Source of the DNA: Hyphomonadaceae bacterium
Lineage (GTDB): Bacteria > Pseudomonadota > Alphaproteobacteria > Caulobacterales > Hyphomonadaceae
Length of the DNA: 64,000 bases
Assembly: GCA_041398225.1 (NCBI GenBank)
Contig: JAWKVD010000016.1
Location: 11,177-75,176 of the forward strand
Reading direction: 5' to 3'
Shown here: positions 9,870 to 17,192 of the stretch, piece after piece
How the letters are laid out: each line of letters begins with the position of its first letter
How positions within the stretch are numbered: position 1 is the stretch's first letter
Translations under genes and position numbers: made by a program
The notes under the pieces: generated by a model
What the model was told of the DNA's origin: nothing
Database searches by the model: none
Seen by the model: only the letters and a program-made list of their open reading frames with translations

Positions 9870-11348
9870 CTAGAATATGCGCCCATGATCATTGCGTGAT
9901 TGGCGCGGACGCCGAGGCGGGCGTTGGCCGCGACTTGATGCGATCTGCTCAGGCATCCAGGCACCATGGGCCCATCTCACAAATTGGCTGATCGTGTCGA
10001 CGATGTCGTCATGACGCGCCGACGGGAAACCCACGACTTCGCGGTGCAGATCATCAAACCCAGGCGCATTGCGGGCAAACTCGAACTTGTCTCCGTACAG
10101 TTGATCCAGCGCGATACCAAACCGCTCCGCCTTGCCGAGATCGGTGTTAGCCCACCTCACGTTGAAGTTTTCTCGCCGCAGATCGAAGCCCAAAGCCGGA
10201 CCGACATTGGCGTATTCGATGACGAGGAGTTCTGCGCGCTGCTGGCGGGCGTGGGCGATCAACGTCGATTTAAGATCCGGATATTCGCACCGAAGCCGCA
10301 GAACGTGCGCCAATCGCCAGTTCGTTCCGTTGTAGGCCCATGTTGTGACGGCGCTATAGTCTGAGGTCGTGCTTGCACTGACGGCGGTGTCGATGCTCTG
10401 AGCGACGAATACTGTGTCCTCCTGAGCGAGCACCTTATCGACGATGCGGAGACGGCTCCAATCCGCCATCTGACCGCCGGATATTTGAGGGTCGAGGAGG
10501 TACTGCGCGTTGAACACCGTCGGCGTGAGCTCAAGCCTCAATCGATCCAGCTCGACCTGAGGAAACCTGGTCGGCGACAGAAGTTCGCCCTCCCGCCAAG
10601 CCCATTCGCGTTCGAGGTAGAGCGGCGACACGACATCACGATCGGCGATCGAGGGAAAGTTGAGGTGACGATACTGCCCGCCTTCAATCAGCTCCGAAAC
10701 GAAGTCGTCTATGTGCAGGCGTTGTTGGACCGCGATCACACGACTTGACCTCGGATCGTTGAACCGCGTCATCGCCGTGCTGCGATAGAAGTCCTCCACC
10801 TGTTCGCGCATCGTTGCCGAAACGACGTCGCCCGCTTTTATCAGGTCGTCCAGGACAAGGATGTCCACACCAATTCCGGTAAACGTTCCGCCTACGGTGA
10901 CATAGCGAACAAAGCCGCCCGCCGGTGAGCGGAACTGATCTGCATGCCGCGTCACCTCAAGGCCGTCAAACAGGACGCGATATAGGTTCGATTGAACAAC
11001 CCGCTCCAGTAGTCCTGCATGCTCCCTCGCCAATCCCTGAGAATAGACGGCGACCGCAATCTTGAGCCTAGGGTCGTGTCCGAGCGCAAAGGCCGGCAAC
11101 ATAACAGCGGCGCAGAAGGATTTCAGATGACGCGGCGGCATGGTGACCAGAAGCCGACGCTCCTCCTGATTGAAGACCTGCTGCAGGGCGAAGCAATAGG
11201 CTTCCACGTAGGGCTCCCTGACGAGGCGCTCGCCGCCATTGAGCATCTCGAAGAACACCGCCACGAACATATCGAGGCGCGCCCGCAACAGCCCACCGTT
11301 GCGGAGCATCTGCTCCGGCGCTTGAGATCCTAAAAAGCTATCCGTCAC
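9870..11348 (-). CDS. Phage terminase large subunit-like protein
   Basis: TMPPRHLKSF (variant Walker A of the terminase PRxxGKS type), DILVLDDLIKAGD (Walker B), and a C-terminal nuclease-like half ending ...SARHDDIVDT. The GTG start overlaps the stop of the upstream gene (GTGA at 11345-11348). Confidence 0.8.
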   Translation of the reverse strand: MTDSFLGSQAPEQMLRNGGLLRARLDMFVAVFFEMLNGGERLVREPYVEAYCFALQQVFNQEERRLLVTMPPRHLKSFCAAVMLPAFALGHDPRLKIAVAVYSQGLAREHAGLLERVVQSNLYRVLFDGLEVTRHADQFRSPAGGFVRYVTVGGTFTGIGVDILVLDDLIKAGDVVSATMREQVEDFYRSTAMTRFNDPRSSRVIAVQQRLHIDDFVSELIEGGQYRHLNFPSIADRDVVSPLYLEREWAWREGELLSPTRFPQVELDRLRLELTPTVFNAQYLLDPQISGGQMADWSRLRIVDKVLAQEDTVFVAQSIDTAVSASTTSDYSAVTTWAYNGTNWRLAHVLRLRCEYPDLKSTLIAHARQQRAELLVIEYANVGPALGFDLRRENFNVRWANTDLGKAERFGIALDQLYGDKFEFARNAPGFDDLHREVVGFPSARHDDIVDTISQFVRWAHGAWMPEQIASSRGQRPPRRPRQSRNDHGRIF

Positions 11349-11845
11349 CTATCCTCTCCACCCGGTTCATCTTCGCCTGTAGTCTCACGTTGGCCCGCAG
11401 CCTCACGCATCTGCTGCTCGTATTCGGCGTACAGCTGGTCCATAAGCTCCGTGTCGTAGAGGGCCGCTATCTCCTGTCCGTCTTGCGTCCGCGCGTCGCG
11501 CGCCTTGATGCAATCGAACACCGCCTTGCGCGCGCGGTGATCACCGCGAATGGCGTCGTTCACCGTACCTCTGATCACGGCCTCCTCCTTCGTGACGAGC
11601 ATTTCCCTGCCGCCAATCGTGATCGGAATTTTTTCCTCGAGCTCCTTCTCCAGCGTGTGGCGCGCCTCAACCTTTTTGGGCCACCCCGTCAAGTTGCGCC
11701 GATTGTCAGCCATTCCCTGCCCAAACTGCGTTTTGCGCGATCCCGGCGACCGACCGCGCATGTCCGGCTTGCCGGACTTTGTCCGACGCTGCACGTTGCT
11801 GCTAGGAGTAGATCGCTTTGCCATACCCGCCTCCTTAGTGCTCAC
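11345..11845 (-). CDS. DUF5681-like protein in the small-terminase position
   Basis: Basic N-terminus followed by IPITIGGREMLVTKEEAVIRGTVNDAIRGDHRARKAVFDCI, which resembles the recalled DUF5681 pattern. Located immediately upstream of the large terminase and overlapping it. Confidence 0.55.
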   Translation of the reverse strand: MSTKEAGMAKRSTPSSNVQRRTKSGKPDMRGRSPGSRKTQFGQGMADNRRNLTGWPKKVEARHTLEKELEEKIPITIGGREMLVTKEEAVIRGTVNDAIRGDHRARKAVFDCIKARDARTQDGQEIAALYDTELMDQLYAEYEQQMREAAGQRETTGEDEPGGEDR

Positions 11846-13295
11846 CGTTGGGCCGCGGACGCGGGCGACGACGCGGAGACTGGGGCTTGGCCTGAACGTC
11901 GGAGCGCTGCTGGCCGGTCGATCGGCGCCGCTCGATCAGGTCTTCGAAGGTCAATCCCGTCTCGACATGAATGGCTGCGCGGTCGAACTCACGCTGGTAA
12001 CGGCGCAACATCGTCTCAACATATCCGGGACTAATCTCGATTATACGGGCGAAGCGCCCCGTGCGCTGGGCGGCGATCAACGTCGTGCCGGACCCACCGA
12101 ACAGATCCAGCACCAGATCCTTGCGCTTGGTGCAGTCCAAAATAACGTCCGCGATCAGCGCCGTCGGCTTGACGGTCGGATGCATGGCAAGATCGCTGTC
12201 CCGCGTACGACCGAAGGCGTTGGCGCCAGCGTATTCCCAGACGTTCGTGCGATTGCGACCGAACCGCCCCAATTGGACGTTGTTTCGGTGCTGCGCGCCT
12301 GGCTTGCGGAAAACGCCGACGAGTTCGTGTTGGCTCCGATAAAAGGACCCCATGCCTGAGTTGGACTTCACGAAAACCGCGATATTGATGAGCTCCAGGC
12401 CAATCTCATGAGCAGCGGTCAACAACAGGCGTACGCTTCGCCAATCGATGAAAAAATAAACCAGTGCGCCGGGCGAAGCCGCAGCCTTCGCTATCTCAAG
12501 TCCCTGCTCGAGAAACGCCACGAACTGCTCGTCTGACATTTCTCCACTCGCCATTGCGAATTCCGAATGGCGGCGCCCGTTCCTGCATAAGACATGTCCG
12601 TTGACGGGAACGTTGTAAGGCGGGTCCGTAATGATCGCTGCAACTTCACCGGGAACGCAAATTTGGGAGATGGCGCTCGGATCAAGCGCATCACCACAGA
12701 ACACTTCATGGCCGTCGATCTCGAACTTATCGCCAAGCTGAAGTAGGCTATCGGAAGGCGGATCAGAAGGCGTTTCCTCACCGCCCATTGTACCGGGGTA
12801 CAAAATGAGATCCGCTTCCGCGACCTCAAATCCGAGCGCGTCGAAGCCGATGTCGAGATCCTCGGCGAGCACGAAAACATCGCGCAGCGCCTCTTCATCC
12901 CACGCCCCCAACTCAGCGAGCCGGTTGTCGGCCACCCGGTAGACCTCCAGCTCTTCGCGGGAGAGGTGCATTACCCGAATAGCCGGCAAAGTCTTCAGCC
13001 CAAGACGACGGGCGGCCAGGACCCGCGCAACACCGCAGACAACGTTTTCGTCGGCGTCGAGCACGATCGGCACGACCGGCCCGAACCGTTCGAGGGAGGC
13101 GGCCAGGCACTGGATTTTCCGCTCGGAGTGCCTCCGAACCTGACGGTTTGGCAGCTTAGCTCGAGCAAGGTCGAAATTCTCTGGGACCCGCCCTCTTTCC
13201 TGCGCGTCGCTCGACGCAGAACGCCTACGGTTTGCCTTCGCCATACCTTCACCTCGCACGCCTTTCTTGCCTCGCCCCCTAGGAAGCGAGATCAT
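11835..13295 (-). CDS. ParB-like nuclease domain fused to an N6/N4 DNA methyltransferase
   Basis: The N-terminal part (ERFGPVVPIVLDADENVVCGVARVLAARRLGLKTLPAI...ADNRL) is ParB/Srx-like. IITDPPYNVP is the DPPY catalytic motif, and LVLDLFGGSGTTLIAA is the SAM-binding motif. The true start may be the internal ATG at 13244. Confidence 0.85.
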   Translation of the reverse strand: MISLPRGRGKKGVRGEGMAKANRRRSASSDAQERGRVPENFDLARAKLPNRQVRRHSERKIQCLAASLERFGPVVPIVLDADENVVCGVARVLAARRLGLKTLPAIRVMHLSREELEVYRVADNRLAELGAWDEEALRDVFVLAEDLDIGFDALGFEVAEADLILYPGTMGGEETPSDPPSDSLLQLGDKFEIDGHEVFCGDALDPSAISQICVPGEVAAIITDPPYNVPVNGHVLCRNGRRHSEFAMASGEMSDEQFVAFLEQGLEIAKAAASPGALVYFFIDWRSVRLLLTAAHEIGLELINIAVFVKSNSGMGSFYRSQHELVGVFRKPGAQHRNNVQLGRFGRNRTNVWEYAGANAFGRTRDSDLAMHPTVKPTALIADVILDCTKRKDLVLDLFGGSGTTLIAAQRTGRFARIIEISPGYVETMLRRYQREFDRAAIHVETGLTFEDLIERRRSTGQQRSDVQAKPQSPRRRPRPRPNGEH

Positions 13296-13441
13296 CCATC
13301 GTCATTTTCCTCTTCAAATTCCCCGCTAGAGCGGCGCGCGTAACCACGCCGACTGTTCCGCGGAACCGTCCATTCAATCTCACCCAAGTAGAATTTATCG
13401 TACGAAGCGAATAAATCAAATACCTTTTTGCAAAAATATAT

Positions 13442-13489
13442 TTTATACCCCCGGTACACAGCAGAATACTTTTTGTACCGCCGGTGCAC
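13442..13489. promoter_or_regulatory. Two 18-nt direct repeats 30 bp apart (TTTATACCCCCGGTACAC at 13442-13459; TTTGTACCGCCGGTGCAC at 13472-13489; 15/18 identical), each with an internal palindrome, inside an AT-rich island
   Basis: Read directly from the sequence. Internal palindromes are TACC-CCC-GGTA and ACCG-C-CGGT. They lie about 150-190 nt upstream of the ParB-methyltransferase start, in the only strongly AT-rich stretch of this part of the window (roughly 13330-13560). Confidence 0.4.
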
Positions 13490-14228
13490 GAAGACAAAAC
13501 AACCAGAATGCATCTATTGCGGATTGTTTTTGTTTTGAGTTGGGAAATACATAAATGTTTTCAAGGGTCTGCATCGCGCGCCAAAACAACCAAGTGCGGT
13601 TGGTCCAGCACATATCGTCACAGCCGGCGCCACATTCCGGAGATCACGCCGCCGCGAACCGCGCGTACACGTCGTGATTCGATCTGGGCGATTCCACAAA
13701 TTATTTCGGGGAGAGCGCCAAGCGGTGTGATGAGGGCTGGACTGCTCGGGCCCAATGAGCGTCAGTCCTGGTCGTAGTCGGAGGCCAGACATGCAATCAC
13801 CGCCCCAATCAACAGCGATCGAATTGCTTCGAACGATCATGATTGAGGAAATCGAGGCGTTGCACGATCAGGCGATCATATCGTGGCCGAGCAATCCTTC
13901 ACTTGCCGAATCTTGGCTGACTCAGATGCGCCAGACATGCGATCGCCTCGCCAGTCTCGGCGCCGCCCTTCAACTGGTTGCTCTCCACGAAGACTGACCT
14001 CGTTCCCACGCAACGTTCGCGGCGAAAGGCGATGGTATGCCCACACGTTCGCGCTCAAGGCGCTCCTCGCCCCAACCGAACTCGCCTTCCACCAAGCGCC
14101 TAAGGCGCCGGGCAGCGATAGACGCGGGACACTCGAGATTTGCTGCCGCGCTGGAGCATTTGGGAGACCTCCATAGGCACGAGTTGTGCGGAAAATGCCT
14201 CCCCAAATGCCCAGGTTAGGCTGGAACC

Positions 14229-14825
14229 CTAACGATAGACGGCGTCGATGTCCGTCTTGGCTATGCGTCCTTCGCCAAGCTTCTTGAGAAGGTCCCGTAA
14301 GATACGGGCGTTCTCCGGCGTGAACGTCATCGTGCGATCCGAACATGTCCCCACCGCGCAGGTCTCGATCACCAGATACTGGTTCTGGGCGTTGCCGCTA
14401 TAGAGCTTGAACCGCATCTCAATTGTTCCGCCCTGCCCCCAGGTCCGGGTCCGCCCAACTTCACGTTCCAGCTGGTCACCCCGCTCGGTCGCGAGCTGCG
14501 CCCATTCAAGATACTTGTCGATCAGGCCGACGTAGTCCGCCGCAAAACGCTTGTCGAAGAACATGACGTAGTCCATCGCCACGCCAAGGGTTGCGTCATA
14601 CCCCGACCCGTAGTCATCCATCTGCACCTTGAGCACGGTCTGGCCGTCCGACATCGTCGCAAGCGAGACAAATGTCGGCCGCTCCATATACCGGCTGGCC
14701 ACATCGTTGAATTCGCTCGCCGCCAGAGGCGTCGATATCCGGCTTTCCTCCGATATCGTCGTGCAGCCCGCAGCAGCCGCCAGGACAATGGCTACGGCCA
14801 TCGTTTTCTCCCAAAACCTCGTCAT
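14229..14825 (-). CDS. Hypothetical lipoprotein
   Basis: N-terminus MTRFWEKTMAVAIVLAAAAGC is a signal peptide plus lipobox. No other motif was recognised. Confidence 0.6.
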   Translation of the reverse strand: MTRFWEKTMAVAIVLAAAAGCTTISEESRISTPLAASEFNDVASRYMERPTFVSLATMSDGQTVLKVQMDDYGSGYDATLGVAMDYVMFFDKRFAADYVGLIDKYLEWAQLATERGDQLEREVGRTRTWGQGGTIEMRFKLYSGNAQNQYLVIETCAVGTCSDRTMTFTPENARILRDLLKKLGEGRIAKTDIDAVYR

Positions 14826-14979
14826 TCCGTTCTCCCCTCAAGTTTCGGGCGCTCAAGTGTAATGCATCCTATAAGTCTCACCCTTGCGCACATGTCATCC
14901 ATGGGGACGTGACGCAGTCAACCCAAAATGAGACTCATCGTCTGTAGAACAAACGTCTGCATGACCGCCTTGCTCGGTC

Positions 14980-15183
14980 ATGGACATCCGCAAGCGCCTC
15001 GGCGCCAATCTCAAACACTACCGCGAGCAGGCAGAACTCAGTCAGGAGGCCCTGGCGGACGTCGCCGGGCTCCACCGCACCTACATCTCCGGCGTCGAGC
15101 GCGGCGTACGAAATCCCACCATCACCGTGGTCGAGAAGATCGCCAAAGCCCTCAAGCTCAAAGCCTGGCAGTTGCTGGAGTAG
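14980..15183 (+). CDS. XRE-family helix-turn-helix transcriptional regulator (67 aa)
   Basis: LKHYREQAELSQEALADVAGLHRTYISGVERGVRNPTITVVEKIAKAL is a canonical Cro/C1-type HTH. Confidence 0.85.
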   Translation: MDIRKRLGANLKHYREQAELSQEALADVAGLHRTYISGVERGVRNPTITVVEKIAKALKLKAWQLLE

Positions 15184-15427
15184 CCCGTCAGCCGCTGAGA
15201 TACCGGACAGGCGCTCCAGACCTAGCCGAGAGCGCCTCTGAGTTTGAGATCACGTGAGCTCCAAAGGTCGTAAAGCTGCCGGACCAGAAGAATCTGGGTC
15301 AGGACCATCGAAACACGGAGTCCAACGCTAGGCCGCGCCACCTCGGCGGGACCGATCAACTACCATGGGCAAGCCAGCAGAAAGTGACGAGCACGAACGC
15401 CATTGGCTCGATCAAACAGCGAGCGCG

Positions 15428-16003
15428 CTATGGCGCCACCCCAAGCTTCAGCAACGTCGCCGTGTCCATATAACCGGTCTGTGGCAATGCGTGGTCTGCT
15501 TGATAAGCGCGCAAGGCCGCTTGCGTCTTTGTATTCAGCACGCCCGTCATCGGCCCAGGATCATAGCCTTTCGCATAGAGCGCCAACTGCACCATCTTGA
15601 TCTTCTCAGCTAGCTCGGTGGTGGTAAGCGCTCGCCCGCTGTTTGACGGCGTCCTTGGCGTGAGTAACGGCTGAGCTGGCGATGTGGAGGGCGCCGGTGG
15701 CGGTGGCGGTGGCGGCGGGGAGTACGCTGGCGCAGTATAGCTACCCCCAGATCCAGAATAGTGTGAGCTATGCGACCTATGACTGGAGTGACTTCTGTGG
15801 CTGGAGTGACTTCGGTGTTGAGCAAGCTGTAAAAGCGCCCCTCGGCTACGAGGATCGCTGAACACCGAAAGATCCTCCGTGTGATCCGAACCGGCGAGCC
15901 CTAGATCGTTGCTCGGCGCCGCCAACGCCTCCGGCGTCACTGCGAGTAAACTCGCACTGGTCGTCAGCCCGAATAGACTCGTAAGTCGTTCACGCCACCC
16001 CAT
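15428..16003 (-). CDS. hxsA: His-Xaa-Ser repeat protein (HxsA-like): signal peptide, (H-x-S)x6, poly-Pro linker, C-terminal peptidoglycan-binding (PG_binding_1-like) domain
   Basis: Start ATG at 16003 with GGAGGAGG 9 nt upstream (internal start of track ORF 15428..16090). Contains HRSHSSHRSHSSHRSHSSH, then SPPPPPPPPAP, then MVQLALYAKGYDPGPMTGVLNTKTQAALRAYQADHALPQTGYMDTATLLKLG. Overlaps the hxsC stop by 14 nt. Confidence 0.75.
   Translation of the reverse strand: MGWRERLTSLFGLTTSASLLAVTPEALAAPSNDLGLAGSDHTEDLSVFSDPRSRGALLQLAQHRSHSSHRSHSSHRSHSSHYSGSGGSYTAPAYSPPPPPPPPAPSTSPAQPLLTPRTPSNSGRALTTTELAEKIKMVQLALYAKGYDPGPMTGVLNTKTQAALRAYQADHALPQTGYMDTATLLKLGVAP
15761..15817 (-). repeat. Coding tandem repeat: 19 codons, H-R-S-H-S-S x3 plus H
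   Basis: The minus strand reads CAC CGA AGT CAC TCC AGC / CAC AGA AGT CAC TCC AGT / CAT AGG TCG CAT AGC TCA / CAC. The three 18-nt units use different synonymous codons. Confidence 0.9.
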
Positions 16004-17192
16004 ATCGAGATACCTCCTCCCCCTTAGAGCTTCCCGATCCGGTGATCGGTGCAATCGCACGGCTTCTCCACTGAGGCCCCGCCGACGCAAAGAAACCGGA
16101 GCAAGCGTCCCTTACCGAACACGTCCGGCATTGCGGCGCATCTCGATTTTTCCAGTCTGAAATTGACGCTCGAGCAAAGGGCCAAAGATCTGATCGCAAG
16201 ACACAAAGCGGCAAGTTGTAGATAGAGACGCTCATGCCACGCAGCGCCAGATGATGGACCGCATCACAGAGCGGCGCCTGATAGTCAGCAGGATCAATCC
16301 AAAGTCGGTCCCGATTCATCTTGGCGAAGCCCATTGGCTCCAATCCCATGAACGCCACATGCTCCACAAAAGGCATCCTACGGTAGATGTAGGACGCGAG
16401 CTGCGGAAGCCGCGGTATGCTCAATGCGTGCAACACGATGCGTATCTCCACGCGAGCGCGACGCTTGGCTAGCTCGTAGAGACCCGACATAGTCTCGCCA
16501 AACGCCCCAACGCCGCCAACAATCTCATCGTGAAGCGCTGCAATATCTGCGTAGATTGGGACCGCCCAGACCGCTTGATCTCCAGCGGAAGCGCATAGCA
16601 TGTCCGCCAACCCCGCGTCCGAGAACAAACGACCGTTGGTAAGAGTATGAAGAAGCGTGTTCGGCAGTCGTTGACGGGCATGATCGATCAGATATGCGAG
16701 ATCTTCACGAAGCAGCGTCGGCTCTCCACCCGTAATGCCGAGCTGCGGCTCGTCTACGTCAACGAGATCAATGAGTGCATGAAGTTCATCCAACCGCCAT
16801 CGGTCACTTTCATTCCGCGGCGGTTGCGAGCACATCAAACACAACGAATTACATTGTTCCGTGACAAACAAGGCGTTGGCGTTACTCCCTCTCCGATAAA
16901 GTACAGATACGAGCGTACTGCCGGGACGCAGCCGGACCACATCGCCAGGCCGAACGACATCAGGATGTCTCAGGTCATCTATCCGGACAGCCGCGGCGCC
17001 CTCAGTCGCCCGCATCTGCTCCTTCAATGTGGGAGAGTCGTCACTCCCCTTCAGGACTAGCACATTGCATGAATCATAGCGGTCAGCCTTTGCCTCGTCA
17101 GGGGCAAGAACTTTAAAGACCCGCACACGATCAACACCGGTGACAGCTGCGTGCGTATAAAGGGCGGGCGCCGACCTCAATGTTCGACCCAT
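15990..17192 (-). CDS. hxsC: Radical SAM enzyme, HxsC-like (second maturase of the His-Xaa-Ser system)
   Basis: CNSLCLMCSQP is a CX3CX2C motif and LGITGGEPTL a SAM-binding GGE motif. No obvious SPASM tail. The start overlaps the hxsB stop by 16 nt. The B versus C assignment is from memory of family descriptions. Confidence 0.7.
   Translation of the reverse strand: MGRTLRSAPALYTHAAVTGVDRVRVFKVLAPDEAKADRYDSCNVLVLKGSDDSPTLKEQMRATEGAAAVRIDDLRHPDVVRPGDVVRLRPGSTLVSVLYRRGSNANALFVTEQCNSLCLMCSQPPRNESDRWRLDELHALIDLVDVDEPQLGITGGEPTLLREDLAYLIDHARQRLPNTLLHTLTNGRLFSDAGLADMLCASAGDQAVWAVPIYADIAALHDEIVGGVGAFGETMSGLYELAKRRARVEIRIVLHALSIPRLPQLASYIYRRMPFVEHVAFMGLEPMGFAKMNRDRLWIDPADYQAPLCDAVHHLALRGMSVSIYNLPLCVLRSDLWPFARASISDWKNRDAPQCRTCSVRDACSGFFASAGPQWRSRAIAPITGSGSSKGEEVSRYGVA

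Noticed and set aside
13755-13997. 80-aa ORF (possible start MQSPPQSTAIELLRTIMIEEIEAL...) between the AT-rich region and the lipoprotein gene.
   Set aside because: No ribosome-binding site or motif was identified. It may be real, but the evidence is too weak to list as a feature.
14229-15183. The lipoprotein or XRE gene as the missing HxsD component of the His-Xaa-Ser system.
   Set aside because: Neither contains the motif I associate with HxsD. The XRE gene is on the opposite strand and the lipoprotein is separated from hxsA by it. Linkage remains possible but is unsupported.
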